The position numbers and the translations under genes are program-made. From an uncultured delta proteobacterium (GTDB taxonomy: Bacteria > Desulfobacterota > Binatia > UBA9968): DNA of 64,000 bases. The notes beneath the pieces were generated by a model. That model saw only the letters and a program-made list of their open reading frames with translations, made no database searches and was not told the origin of the DNA. The stretch is taken from NCBI GenBank assembly GCA_963804165.1, contig CAWDPO010000016.1, forward strand, positions 64,001-128,000, read 5' to 3'. Below are positions 49,338 through 60,151 of this stretch, in pieces (positions within the stretch are counted from its first letter, which is position 1; each line of letters starts with the position of its first letter).

Positions 49338-50750
49338 ATGACGGCACCGAAAATTCTTGTTGTAGACGACGATAAAAACCTCCTCGAACTCGCGAAAACC
49401 AAATTAAATGCGGCCAATTATGGCGTCACCGTGGTTCTCGGTCATGAAGAGGCCATCGATGCCGCGAATGCTCAGAGCTTCGATTTAGCTATTGTCGACT
49501 GGCGCCTTGCCGATCTGGACGGCGTGACGTTGATGGAAAAGTTACATGCGGTCAATCCTGGAATGCCGGTCATTATTCTCACCGGCCACGCAAGCGTCGA
49601 GGGCGCGGTCGAGGCGATGAAAAGAGGCGCATCCACCTATCTCACAAAGCCCTTCGATCCCCGCGAGCTGATTCTGCAAATCGACAGAGCCCTGGAAAGC
49701 TGCAAACTGGCCACCGAGAACCAAAGGCTCAGGGGCTTATTAAAGGAAAAGTACGATTTCGCCAACATCGTGGCCAAGAGCGACAAGATGCAGCGTGTGC
49801 TGGAGGCGGTTTCGCGCATCGCCAAAACAGATTCGACGGTCTATATCCACGGAGAAAGCGGCACCGGTAAAGAAATGATCGCCAAGGCGATTCACCTCGC
49901 GAGCCCGCGGAAAGATAGACCCTTCGTGGCGATCAATTGTGCAGCCATCCCGGAAACGTTGCTGGAAAGCGAACTTTTCGGCCATGAAAAGGGTGCTTTT
50001 ACCGGCGCTGTCCGGAGCACTAAAGGACTATTTACCCAAGCCAACGAAGGCACGCTCTTCTTAGATGAGATCGGTGATATGCCTCTCTCGATCCAAGTGA
50101 AGCTGCTTCGGGCCCTGGAGGAGCGGCAGTTTTATCCGGTGGGCGGCGAAAAGCCGGTGCAAGTTGATGTCAGAGTCGTCGTTGCAACTAAAAAAGATTT
50201 GGTGGACGAAGTCAAAAAAGGATTATTCCGTGAAGATCTATTTTACCGGATCCACGTCATCCCCATTATCCTTCCTGCGCTGAAGGATCGGATCGAGGAT
50301 GTTCCTTATTTGGTCGATCATCTCTTGAAGAAGATCTGTCAACAAATGAAAAGAGACGTCAAGGGAGTTACACCCAAGGCCATGGAAAAACTGATGCAAC
50401 ACGACTGGCCGGGCAACGTGAGAGAGCTCGAAAATACTCTCGAATACGCCGTAACCATGACCCAGCGCGACGTCGTGACGGACGATCTCGTTCTGCAAAC
50501 AAAACTTGCCGTCAGCGCCGTCGCGGCGGAAGATCCGCTTCAATCTCAGCTCTTGCCAACGGACGGATCGTTCAAGACGTTGAAAGAAGCCAGGTCAGAG
50601 TTCGAGAAAGCCTATCTGGTTCGTCTCCTGCATACGTGCAACGGCAAAGCTACGCGAGCGGCGGAAATCGCCGGAAAGTATCGCGCCGATTTTTACGACC
50701 TGTTAAAAAAGCACGACATTAAGTTGGCTGAGTTTAAGCGATTCAATTAA
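49338..50750 (+). CDS. sigma54-dependent response regulator (NtrC/GlrR-like)
   Basis: REC domain; GESGTGKE, ESELFGHEKGAFTGA, LFLDEIGD, WPGNVREL; C-terminal HTH. Confidence 0.96.
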   Translation: MTAPKILVVDDDKNLLELAKTKLNAANYGVTVVLGHEEAIDAANAQSFDLAIVDWRLADLDGVTLMEKLHAVNPGMPVIILTGHASVEGAVEAMKRGASTYLTKPFDPRELILQIDRALESCKLATENQRLRGLLKEKYDFANIVAKSDKMQRVLEAVSRIAKTDSTVYIHGESGTGKEMIAKAIHLASPRKDRPFVAINCAAIPETLLESELFGHEKGAFTGAVRSTKGLFTQANEGTLFLDEIGDMPLSIQVKLLRALEERQFYPVGGEKPVQVDVRVVVATKKDLVDEVKKGLFREDLFYRIHVIPIILPALKDRIEDVPYLVDHLLKKICQQMKRDVKGVTPKAMEKLMQHDWPGNVRELENTLEYAVTMTQRDVVTDDLVLQTKLAVSAVAAEDPLQSQLLPTDGSFKTLKEARSEFEKAYLVRLLHTCNGKATRAAEIAGKYRADFYDLLKKHDIKLAEFKRFN

Positions 50751-50874
50751 TTTGCGGACAACTTGGCAGCGCACCAGTTTGCATCAGCGGTCAAAAAATT
50801 CCCGTCTTTTGTGCTCGACCTAAATTCACTTCGCTACCGCTAGACCATTGCCGAACGCCTCCTGTTTCTGTTCC

Positions 50875-51526
50875 TTATGCCGTTGGCTTGGTGTCGAGAT
50901 GTCCCAGCCGCTTAAGAGCTTCACGTGCCGGCGCAAACGTAGGGCCTCTCAAGAGCCATATAGTAATAGTGCAACGCTTCGCGTAGATATCGCAGGTCTC
51001 GGAAAGCTCCGCCAGCTGATAATAAGGTTCCGGCCGGGTGAGGTCGCGCATCATGGCGATTTTTAGATAAACTCGCGCTTCGGTGAATGCTTTCCGCTCG
51101 CGCGCCAGCTCGGCCAAGTGGAGAAGGTCATCGACGGTTCCGCTCATGCCGATTTTCTGTCGCTCAAGAATCTCTTGGCAGAGAAGCTGAATAGCCTTGG
51201 GATCGAATGGCTTCTCGATGAAGTCTACGGCTCCGAGCTTTATGGCCTCCACAGCTCTTTTGACGGTCCCATAGGCGGTCAGCATGACCACCGGCATCCT
51301 GGGTTTAAGACCTCGTAGATAGCGAAGTAATTCCAAGCCATCCATCTTCGCCATCTGGATATCCGCGAAGACGATATCGTAGAGACCTTCTTTAACGCGG
51401 ATAACAGCATCATCGCCGTTACTGACCGTATCTACCTTGACCTTCTGCCTCGAGCACCATACCGAGATTATTACGAATGTTGCGCTCGTCATCGACAACC
51501 AGTATGTGCACCTGCGATTGAGTCAT
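50875..51526 (-). CDS. Response regulator (REC plus TPR-like helices), apparent frameshifts
   Basis: Manual start MTQSQVHILVVDDERNIRNNL at 51526 shifts near 51440 into DIVFADIQM..MDG, MLTAYG, FIEKPF; C-terminal PEPYYQLAEL TPR-like segment. Confidence 0.8.
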
Positions 51527-51664
51527 CGGATTGTTCCTCTCTTCGTTGCCGGACGAGATCGCGATTATTTATAAAAACCGCATAAAAGTGCCATGCCACG
51601 CATGTCGATCTGTCGACTGCAGTTCACGAAATTGCTGCGATTGCGGCGCACTTCTGCTATTGCT

Positions 51665-51727
51665 CTTGCAACCGGCCGCCGCTCGCCGCTTGCAACTTGC
51701 AAATGTCGACCACTTGTCTTGCAAATG
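51665..51727. promoter_or_regulatory. CTTGCAA iterations, candidate activator binding sites
   Basis: CTTGCAA at 51665, 51689, 51696 and 51718; CTTGCAAATG twice, 22 bp apart. Confidence 0.35.
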
Positions 51728-51781
51728 CAACCAGCGCTTTGCCTTTCCCGTAAACGAGTGATTTCACGACTTAAGTGAGGC

Positions 51782-51796
51782 TGGCACCGTGCTTGC
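51782..51796 (+). promoter_or_regulatory. sigma54 (-24/-12) promoter of the kdp operon
   Basis: TGGCACCGTGCTTGC, canonical consensus and spacing. Confidence 0.75.
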
Positions 51797-51834
51797 GCTA
51801 TCAGCGAGCAAGACTCGACTTTAGGAGCGATCCA

Positions 51835-51919
51835 ATGGCCGACGTTATATTTATCCTGATCACCGTTGTTTTTTTTCATAATTGCTTGGCTCTATGTCCG
51901 GGTCTTGGATCGGCTCTAA
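51835..51919 (+). CDS. ~27-aa membrane micropeptide upstream of kdpF (one extra base in a T run)
   Basis: AGGAG RBS; MADVIFILITVVFF / IIAWLYVRVLDRL*; the span is 85 nt and a long T homopolymer lies at the junction. Confidence 0.65.
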
Positions 51920-51929
51920 GGAGGGAATT

Positions 51930-52019
51930 ATGGGGCTGGAATATATTCTCGGCATTATCGTGTCGTTGGCCGTGATGTTGTATTTGCTCTACGCGCTGCT
52001 TTGCCCGGAGAAGTTTTAA
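51930..52019 (+). CDS. kdpF: K+-transporting ATPase subunit F
   Basis: Manual translation MGLEYILGIIVSLAVMLYLLYALLCPEKF; YL.YAL..PEKF signature; AAGGAGG RBS. Confidence 0.92.
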   Translation: MGLEYILGIIVSLAVMLYLLYALLCPEKF

Positions 52020-52092
52020 CCTTAGAGCATCGTAGTTCGCAGCGATGCGAGCCAACGGAAAAATATTGCATATTGAGGAAGTCGGAGATGTC

Positions 52093-53818
52093 ATGACAGT
52101 CAATGGATGGATGCAGATTTTGTTTTTCCATGGTGATTATTTTCGCCATAACGAAGCCGCTCGGCAGTTACATGTTTCGTGTCTTCGAGGGCGACCGGCA
52201 GCCGTTGCCGCGCCTGTTCGGACCCCTCGAGAGGTTGATTTACAAGCTATGCGGCGTGGATCCGAAGGAGCAGCAAGACTGGAAACAGTACGCGCTGGCG
52301 ATGCTGATCTTCAGCGCCATCACGTTGTTCGTCACCTACGCCATCGAACGATTGCAACATATGTTGCCGCTGAATCCCGCAGAACTTTGGCCCTGTCGCC
52401 GGCTGACTTGGCATTCAATACCGCTTCGAGCTTTACCACCAATACCAACTGGCAGGCCTACGGCGGCGAGTCGACGATGAGCTATCTGACACAGATGGCG
52501 GGGCTTGCTTGGCACAATTTCATCTCGGTCGCCGTTGGCATAGGCGTCATGATGGCGCTCACGCGCGGGATCACGTACCGCTCGCAAACCGGGCGCTCCG
52601 AAGACGCTCGGCAATTTTTGGGTCGATCTGGTTCGGTCAGTTCTCCGTCTTGATTCCCTTTTCCATCTCTATGGCGCTGGTGCTGGTCTCGCAGGGAGAT
52701 CATGCAAAACTTTTCATCCTATGTCGAGCTGACAACTTTGGAAGGAGTGAAGCAGACTCTGGCGATGGGGCCGATCGCTTCGCAGGACGCGATCAAACAA
52801 CTCGGCACCAACGGCGGTGGGTTTTTCAACGTCAACAGCTCTCATCCATTCGAGGGCGGTACCCCGCTGGCAAATTTGATCGAGATGGTGCTCATTCTCT
52901 CGATCCCGGCGGCGCAGACCTACATGTACGGGCTCATGGCGCGGGACACCAAGCAGGGCTGGACTCTCTTCGGAGCCATGGCGATTTTGTTTTTCATGGG
53001 CGTGACGACAGCTTATTACTTCGAGGCAAAGCCCAATCCGGTGATGCAAGGTCTGGCCGTGGATCAAACGGCCGGCAACATGGAGGGAAAGGAAGTTCGC
53101 TATCGGCGTGGCCAACTCCGTGACTTGGGCGACGGCAACCACCGACGCGTCAAACGGCTCGGTCAACTCCATGCACGATAGTTTCAATCCTATCGCTGGC
53201 CTGGTGCCCTTGTTGAACATTCAGCTCGGCGAATTAATTTTCGGCGGCGTCGGCGCCGGGCTTTACGCTATGCTGGTTTTTGTTCTTGTTTCGGTGTTTA
53301 TCGCCGGCTTGATGGTTGGGCGCACGCCTGAATATCTCGGCAAAAAAATCGAATCGCGCGAGGTCAAGCTCGCCATGCTTTACGTGCTGATCTTTCCGCT
53401 GATAATTCTTTATTTCTCCGGCTGGTCGGCAGTGGCGCCCTACGGCCTCTCTTCGCTCAACAACAATGGCCCACACGGATTGACCGAGATCTTGTACGCC
53501 TACAGTAGCGCTGCCGGTAACAACGGCTCGGCCTTTGCCGGACTCAACGCCAACACTCCCTGGTACAACGTGACACAGGGTCTCTCGATGCTCATGGGCC
53601 GCTATTTAATGATTGTTCCAGCTCTGGCCATTGCCGGCTGTATGGTTGGTAAAAAGGCTGTGCCCGAAAGCTTGGGCACTTTCCCGACAAACGGGACGCT
53701 TTTTGTGGTGCTGTTGGTGGGTGTGGTTCTTATTGTTGGGGCGTTAACTTTCTTCCCCGCACTAGCGCTCGGGCCTATTGTCGAACACTTTGTCGCCCTG
53801 GCAGGAAAGGTTTATTAA
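52093..53818 (+). CDS. kdpA: K+-transporting ATPase subunit A, at least five apparent frameshifts
   Basis: [90 protein letters not shown] across several frames. Confidence 0.92.
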
Positions 53819-53819
53819 C

Positions 53820-55877
53820 ATGGCAGACAGTCGCTTAATGGAACGATCTTTGTTCGATCCTGAAATCATGCGGCCGGCGATTTGGGAGAGCTTTCGCAAG
53901 CTCGTTCCGCAGCACGTGATCAAAAATCCCGTCATGTTCGTAGTCGAGATCGGTAGCGTGATTACGACGCTGATCTGGTTGCGCGACATGATTGCGCCCG
54001 TGCCAGGGTCTCAGCCGCTGTGGTGTACTTTCAATGTCAGTTTCTGGCTCTGGTTTACCGTGGTTTTTGCGAATTTTTCCGAGGCAGTCGCGGAAGGACG
54101 TGGTAAGGCCCAGGCGGCAACCTTGCGCAAGATGCGGCAGGAAACCACCGCTCGGCGCTTGGTCAACGGCAACCGTGAAGAAAAAGTGCCCGCGTCGGCC
54201 CTCCGCAAAGGCGATACCGTTGTCGTCGAAGCAGGGGAAGTGATTCCCGGCGACGGTGACGTGATTCAAGGCATCGCTTCGGTCGATGAGTCCGCGATCA
54301 CCGGCGAGTCGGCCCCCGTCATTCGTGAAAGCGGTGGCGATCGTTCGGCGGTAACCGGTGGCACGAAAGTGTTGTCTGACCGCATCGTCGTGCGCATCAC
54401 AGCGAGCCCTGGCGAGTCCTTTCTCGATCGCATGATCATTCTGGTCGAGGGAGCGGAACGGCAGAAGACGCCTAACGAGATCGCGCTGAATATTCTACTC
54501 GCTGGTCTTACTCTGGTTTTTCTCTTTGCGTGCGTCACTCTCGTGCCCATGGCGCTCTACTCCGGCATGACCAATGTTTCCGTAACCGTGATTGTCGCTT
54601 TGCTGGTGTGTTTGATTCCGACGACCATCGGCGGCTTGCTCTCCGCCATCGGCATTGCCGGTATCGATCGCTTGCTGCGCAAGAACGTGCTCGCGATGAG
54701 CGGGCGCGCGGTCGAAGCCGCCGGCGACGTCGATACTTTGCTTTTGGACAAGACCGGCACGATCACGCTCGGCAATCGCATGGCTACCGAATTCATTACG
54801 GTCGACGGTGTTAGTGCCGAGACTCTGGCGGACGCCGCGCAGCTTTCCAGCCTCGCCGACGAGACGCCGGAAGGCCGATCCATCGTCGTTCTCGCCAAGG
54901 AAAAATATGGACTGCGCGGGCGCGAAGTGACCGAGATCGGCGCGAAATTTATTCCGTTTAGCGCTGAAACCCGCATGAGCGGCTGTGATCTCGACGGGCG
55001 CAAGATCCGCAAAGGCGCGGTCGATGCGATCGTCGCCTACGTGCAGGAACTCGGCGGGACGGTGGGCTCGCAGGTCGAGGGCATTACCCACGGAATCTCC
55101 GATACCGGCGGCACGCCGCTGGTAGTTGCCGAGGGCAACAAGGTCCTCGGTGTGATTCATCTCAAAGATGTCGTCAAAGGCGGCATCAGCGAGCGCTTTC
55201 AGCGCTTCCGCGCCATGGGTATCCGCACGGTGATGATTACCGGCGACAATCCGCGCACCGCCGCGGCGATCGCGCGCGAAGCCGGCGTGGACGATTTCCT
55301 TGCTCAAGCAACGCCGGAAGCAAAAATGCGGCTCATCAAAGAAGAGCAGGCCAAAGGAAAACTGGTCGCGATGACCGGCGACGGCACCAACGATGCGCCG
55401 GCATTGGCGCAGGCTGATGTTGGCGTGGCGATGAACACCGGGACCCAGGCGGCCAAAGAAGCCGGCAACATGGTCGATCTCGACTCCAATCCGACCAAGC
55501 TGTTGGAAGTCGTCGAGATCGGTAAGCAGATGCTCATGACGCGCGGCGTACTCACGACGTTTTCTATCGCCAACGACGTCGCTAAGTATTTCGCGATAAT
55601 TCCGGCTATGTTCATGGGTGTTTATCCGGAGATCACGCCGCTCAACATCATGCATCTGGCATCGCCGCAGAGCGCAATTCTCTCAGCGGTTATATTTAAC
55701 GCTCTTATTATCATTTTACTTATTCCCCTCGCGCTACGGGGTGTCCAGTACCGCCCCATCGGCGCTGGACCGTTGCTGGCACGCTCTTTGTTGATTTATG
55801 GCGTCGGCGGAGTCATCGCGCCTTTTATTGGTATCAAACTGATCGATTTGGTTTTGGAAGCCGTCGGCCTTGTGTAG
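53820..55877 (+). CDS. kdpB: K+-transporting ATPase subunit B (P-type)
   Basis: [44 protein letters not shown]. Confidence 0.98.
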   Translation: MADSRLMERSLFDPEIMRPAIWESFRKLVPQHVIKNPVMFVVEIGSVITTLIWLRDMIAPVPGSQPLWCTFNVSFWLWFTVVFANFSEAVAEGRGKAQAATLRKMRQETTARRLVNGNREEKVPASALRKGDTVVVEAGEVIPGDGDVIQGIASVDESAITGESAPVIRESGGDRSAVTGGTKVLSDRIVVRITASPGESFLDRMIILVEGAERQKTPNEIALNILLAGLTLVFLFACVTLVPMALYSGMTNVSVTVIVALLVCLIPTTIGGLLSAIGIAGIDRLLRKNVLAMSGRAVEAAGDVDTLLLDKTGTITLGNRMATEFITVDGVSAETLADAAQLSSLADETPEGRSIVVLAKEKYGLRGREVTEIGAKFIPFSAETRMSGCDLDGRKIRKGAVDAIVAYVQELGGTVGSQVEGITHGISDTGGTPLVVAEGNKVLGVIHLKDVVKGGISERFQRFRAMGIRTVMITGDNPRTAAAIAREAGVDDFLAQATPEAKMRLIKEEQAKGKLVAMTGDGTNDAPALAQADVGVAMNTGTQAAKEAGNMVDLDSNPTKLLEVVEIGKQMLMTRGVLTTFSIANDVAKYFAIIPAMFMGVYPEITPLNIMHLASPQSAILSAVIFNALIIILLIPLALRGVQYRPIGAGPLLARSLLIYGVGGVIAPFIGIKLIDLVLEAVGLV

Positions 55878-55886
55878 GAGAAACCT

Positions 55887-56579
55887 ATGAAAACCTTCAT
55901 TATTGCTTTGCGCGCTACGATCGTCACTCTGGTTGTAACCGGCCTTCTCTATCCATTCGTGATGACCGGAGTCGCGCAAGTGCTTTTCCCCTGGCGCGCC
56001 AACGGGAGTTTGGTAACAGACGAGAAAGGCCAAGTCGTAGGCTCGGAGTTGATCGCTCAGGGATTCTCGAATCCCGCTTACTTTCAGCCCCGGCCGTCGG
56101 CGGCAGGCGAGAAAGGCTATGACGCAACTTCCTCTTCGGGCTCCAACCTGGGTCCGACATCGAAGAAATTGCAGGACCGTATCAACGACGATATCAAACG
56201 ACTGAAGGAAGAAAATCCGGAAGCGTCCGGCCCCATCCCAGCTGAACTTGTTACTGCGTCTGCCAGTGGATTGGACCCACATCTCTCCCCTGAAGCAATG
56301 ATATGGCAGGCGCCGCGAGTGGCGAAAACACGCGGCGTGACGGCGGAACGCGTAAAAGCCGTCGTCGATTCAAATGTCGAAGGCAGAACCTTCGGCATCC
56401 TGGGTGAACCGAGAGTTAACGTGCTGATGGTCAATCTCGCGCTTGACCGCCAGTTCGGCAAAGCGACTCCGCTCCCGCCGGCTCCCGAAAAGAAGGAAAC
56501 GAAGGAAGAGGCCAAAAAGGAAGAGGCGACTCCGGCCCAACCGACCGTTCAGGCCGCGCCGCCGCCTTCAGCAAAATAG
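55887..56579 (+). CDS. kdpC: K+-transporting ATPase subunit C
   Basis: ANGSL, GSELIAQ.F..P.YFQPRPSA, SASGLDPHLS, GEPRVNVL. Confidence 0.97.
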   Translation: MKTFIIALRATIVTLVVTGLLYPFVMTGVAQVLFPWRANGSLVTDEKGQVVGSELIAQGFSNPAYFQPRPSAAGEKGYDATSSSGSNLGPTSKKLQDRINDDIKRLKEENPEASGPIPAELVTASASGLDPHLSPEAMIWQAPRVAKTRGVTAERVKAVVDSNVEGRTFGILGEPRVNVLMVNLALDRQFGKATPLPPAPEKKETKEEAKKEEATPAQPTVQAAPPPSAK

Positions 56580-56631
56580 CAGTTGATGGATGGCGATTCC
56601 CGAACACAAGGAAGGCAAGAAGGCTCGACCG

Positions 56632-57079
56632 GTGAAGAAAATTGAAGCGGTCATCCATCCTTTCAAGCTGGATGAAATCAAAGAAAATTCTGACGAGGTC
56701 GAAAATCCCGCGCATCACCGTCTTCGAGGTCAAAGGTGCAGGCACGCAACAGGGAAAGTCGAAAGTCTATCGCGGGGCTCCGTACATCGAAGATTCCGCC
56801 GAAATCAAAATCGAGATGGTGGTGGATGATGATGAAGCCGAGCACATCGCTGAAATGATTTTCGATACGCTTCGCACCGGAGACTTGTGTGACGGCGAGG
56901 TGACCATTGTACCAGTGGAACATTGTGTCCGCTTGCGGGCCGGTCAACGAGGGCATGGCCTGCCCAGCTGGGCGCGTGATCCTGTTTCGTCATGTCTAAT
57001 TCGGGATGGCGCCCGTCTGAAGTCCTACTTCAGGTCTCTAAGAAGAAAATTTCACGAAGCAGCTCGAGAGCATACTTAG
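56632..57079 (+). CDS. Divergent P-II family protein, apparent frameshift near 56685
   Basis: MKKIEAVIHPFKLDEIKE (56590 frame) joins ILTRSKIPRITVFEVKGAGTQQG...YRGAPY...KIEMVV...TGDLCDGEV...RLRAG (56642 frame) at an A run. Confidence 0.85.
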
Positions 57080-57142
57080 TTCCTTTCAAGTCGGTGTCGG
57101 CAGCAGCAGGAATTTTCGTTTGCTAATTGGCAAGGAGAGGTC

Positions 57143-58360
57143 ATGAAACAAGCATTCCTAACCGCAGTCCTTATTCTTGGGCTCTTTTTATTTGTCGGAC
57201 GGTCGGCTCACGCCGCCGAGGAAGAGAAGCCGCTTGCGCCGGGCTGGCTGAGTCTGGATTGTTGTATTGGTCCGCTGGACAACGCTATAGGCTCGGGAAA
57301 AGACTCGCTTCAGAAAGCCCTGGGGCTCAACTTCGGCGGTTATTTGGATACCAGCTACACCTGGAGTTCGAATCATCCCCGTAGTCCGAACGACATTAGC
57401 CAACGGTATTTTGATAAAGACCACAACGAAATCGTCTTTAACAACTTTCATTTATTTGTCGAAAAGCCGGAAAAGGACTGGGGCGTCGGCTTCCGCATCT
57501 CGGGCGACTTCGGGCGATCGGGCGAGCTACTGCGAGAGGCGACGCTTTGGGGCAAAGCTTTGCATAGAGAACCTTCGGCAGAATTGCGCGAAGCCTATCT
57601 GACTACGACCATTCCTGTGGGCGAAGGTATCGGTTTGAAAGGCGGTCTGTTTGTCACGACGTTGGGAACCGAGATCCTGCCGAATCCGGGCGCGTATAAC
57701 GACAATATTTCACGCTCGTATCTGTTCAACTGGGGAGTCCCATTGCGCCATTTGGGCGTCTTGGCCAACTATCAAGTCGTCAAGATGCTCAATATCAATC
57801 TCGGCGTGGTGACGGGTTGGGATGATCCTCATGATAACAATCATCAGCCCTCGTTCATGGGCGGCTTCACCCTAACCCCGACCGATACTGTAACGTTGGC
57901 GACCAACATGATTTACGGCGCGGAACAACGCAATGGTGCCCCAAAGCGTTTTACGATCTCCAATGTTCTAACGCTCAAACCGATTGATCCTCTGGCGTTG
58001 TATATCGAATACACCTACGGCCACGAAGACAGGGTTACGCCGAGCGGGCGTGATGGGGTCTGGCAGGGCCTCGCCGGTATCGCGTCTTACAACTGGACGG
58101 AGCGCTTCAATACGGCTCTGAGAGGCGAGGTCTTTAATGATCAGGACGGCGTCCGGCTTGGTGGTGAACCTTTCGGCACCCACAAGAATGCGACACTGGG
58201 AGAAGTCACGCTGACGGGTTCATACAAATTTACCAAGATGCTGCTGGGTCGCGCTGAAGTACGCCAGGATTGGGCCGATCGGAGCATGTTCAAACGCGGC
58301 AGCTCCAATGCCGACTCCAACCAGACGACCTTGGCGATGCAGTTGATCTATACTTTCTAG
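57143..58360 (+). CDS. Outer-membrane beta-barrel porin-like protein (BBP2/DUF1597-like)
   Basis: Signal peptide; GYLDTSY, LREAY, GLF.T.LG.E, N.SRSYLF; ends in YTF. Confidence 0.85.
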   Translation: MKQAFLTAVLILGLFLFVGRSAHAAEEEKPLAPGWLSLDCCIGPLDNAIGSGKDSLQKALGLNFGGYLDTSYTWSSNHPRSPNDISQRYFDKDHNEIVFNNFHLFVEKPEKDWGVGFRISGDFGRSGELLREATLWGKALHREPSAELREAYLTTTIPVGEGIGLKGGLFVTTLGTEILPNPGAYNDNISRSYLFNWGVPLRHLGVLANYQVVKMLNINLGVVTGWDDPHDNNHQPSFMGGFTLTPTDTVTLATNMIYGAEQRNGAPKRFTISNVLTLKPIDPLALYIEYTYGHEDRVTPSGRDGVWQGLAGIASYNWTERFNTALRGEVFNDQDGVRLGGEPFGTHKNATLGEVTLTGSYKFTKMLLGRAEVRQDWADRSMFKRGSSNADSNQTTLAMQLIYTF

Positions 58361-58646
58361 CTAAGGGATTGATGAGGTGCCCTGGCCGATGGGAAGTTCT
58401 CCGGCCGACGTGGCGAAGATGTGATTCGCACTCGGACCGGCGAGAAAAATGCGGAAGCGCTCTGGGACTATGACCTGAGCGCACCAGTTTACCATCGATA
58501 GGGATGCGGACGTGTGCTCATAGCCGAAGTCATTTCACAACGTAAACCTAAGCGATGCGTTGCTAGACAAAGAGGGGCTTGGGCTCCGTAGGCACGCCTA
58601 GCGCGCCGCATCGCTGGCAAATTTCAGCGCGGCGATCTATCCTTTT

Positions 58647-58674
58647 CGCTAACGTCGCGGTTAGCGCTTTTTTT
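58647..58674 (+). terminator. Rho-independent terminator
   Basis: CGCTAAC-GTCGCG-GTTAGCG followed by CTTTTTTT. Confidence 0.65.
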
Positions 58675-58712
58675 GGACCTGCCGCTCTATTTTTCGGGGT
58701 CTCCAAGCATCC

Positions 58713-58943
58713 ATGGATCGACTCACGGTTTTCGGCTTGTTCGCGGTGACGTCAATGCTGATATGCTATGCTTTCGAGCACCATAGCCATTGGCTTGTCT
58801 TCGGGTTCGCCGTGTCTTGCGCCCTGGCATCCATCTATGGATTTCTCCAGGGCGCATGGCCCTTTGGCGTCGTAGAGGGGATCTGGTGTATGGTCGCGCT
58901 GCGCCGCTGGCGCAAACGACAACCCGGGGTGTCCGTGTCGTAA
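58713..58943 (+). CDS. Small three-TM membrane protein
   Basis: FGLFAVTSMLICYAFE...YGFLQGAWPFGVVEGIW..VALRRW. Confidence 0.75.
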   Translation: MDRLTVFGLFAVTSMLICYAFEHHSHWLVFGFAVSCALASIYGFLQGAWPFGVVEGIWCMVALRRWRKRQPGVSVS

Positions 58944-58966
58944 ACAATGTAAATCCAATCAAAGTT

Positions 58967-60151
58967 ATGCCGCCAGAAGGACAAGAAACATCGACAGGTT
59001 CCGCGCGCAAGCGCCCGGAAGATTTCCTCGAGCTGGTAGAGCGTGCCAAGCGTGGCCGCCTCAAGGTCTACATCGGCGCAGCAGCCGGCGTCGGCAAGAC
59101 CTTTCAGATGCTCGAGGAAGCTCACCTGCTCAAAAAGCGCGGCGTCGACGTGGTGTTGGCGTTCATCGAGCCGCACGACCGGCTCGATACCGCGGCGCTG
59201 ATCGAAGGGCTCGAGGTGGTGCCGCGCCGGCGCGTCGATTATCGCGGTGTGGTTGTCGAGGAGATGGATCTCGACGCGGTTCTCAAGCGCCATCCCCAGG
59301 TTGCCATCGTCGATGAGCTGGCGCATACCAACGCGCCGTTTTGCAAAAACAAGAAGCGCTATCAGGACGTTTTGGAACTGCTCGAAGCCGGCATCAATGT
59401 GATTTGCGCTTTCAACGTGCAGCATCTCGAAAGCCTAAACGACATGGTCAAACAGGCGACCGGCGTGGTCGTTCGCGAGACCGTACCGGATTCGATCCTG
59501 AAGCGTGCCGATCAGGTTGTCGACATCGATCTGGCGGTCGAAGATCTCATCGATCGCCTTAAAGCGGGCAAGATTTATGCGCCCGATAAGGTTGGGTGGG
59601 CGCTTGAGAATTTTTTCCTCCCAGAAAAACTTGCGGTGTTGCGTGAAATTGCCCTGCGGGAGGTGGCGGAAAGCGTCGACCGCACGGTGGCGGCCAAGGC
59701 CGGCAACGCTGACGCCGGTCGCAGGTCGGCGGCGAGCGAACGCGTAATGGTTTGTCTACCCACCCGGCCGCCGCCCCACGGTGCCATGCTACTTAGACAG
59801 GGCTCGCGCTTGGCGGGCCGTTTAAACACCGACTGGTTTGTTGTGCATGTCGAGACCAAAAGCGAAGCGGGTCACCGCATCGACGCGACGCTGCAGCGGC
59901 ACCTTCTGGACGATGAACAAAGAGCGCGAGATTTGGGGGCAGAAGTCGTCCGCCTGCGCTCGGAAAAACCAGTCGACGCGCTGCTCGAATTTGGCCGTCA
60001 TCATGGCGTTCGCCATATCGTTGTTGGGCGATCGCACAAACCCTGGTGGCGTCGTATGTTAGGTCAATCGCCGGTTTTCAAACTGGTCACCGAAGCGGCT
60101 GGATTCGATCTCCACATCGTGTCGTTGGAAGATCGGGGGGCAAGTGAATGA
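58967..60151 (+). CDS. kdpD: Soluble KdpD N-terminal sensor (KdpD plus USP domains)
   Basis: RGRLKVYIGAAAGVGKTFQML, EMDLDAVL, VDELAHTN, KRYQDV, NVQHLESLND; USP domain (IVVGRS); no TM or kinase domain. Confidence 0.93.
   Translation: MPPEGQETSTGSARKRPEDFLELVERAKRGRLKVYIGAAAGVGKTFQMLEEAHLLKKRGVDVVLAFIEPHDRLDTAALIEGLEVVPRRRVDYRGVVVEEMDLDAVLKRHPQVAIVDELAHTNAPFCKNKKRYQDVLELLEAGINVICAFNVQHLESLNDMVKQATGVVVRETVPDSILKRADQVVDIDLAVEDLIDRLKAGKIYAPDKVGWALENFFLPEKLAVLREIALREVAESVDRTVAAKAGNADAGRRSAASERVMVCLPTRPPPHGAMLLRQGSRLAGRLNTDWFVVHVETKSEAGHRIDATLQRHLLDDEQRARDLGAEVVRLRSEKPVDALLEFGRHHGVRHIVVGRSHKPWWRRMLGQSPVFKLVTEAAGFDLHIVSLEDRGASE

Noticed and set aside
58380-58620. Fluoride or c-di-AMP riboswitch
   Set aside because: GGCCGATGGGAAGTTCTCCGGCC only loosely resembles the crcB motif, and the conserved ydaO segments are absent.
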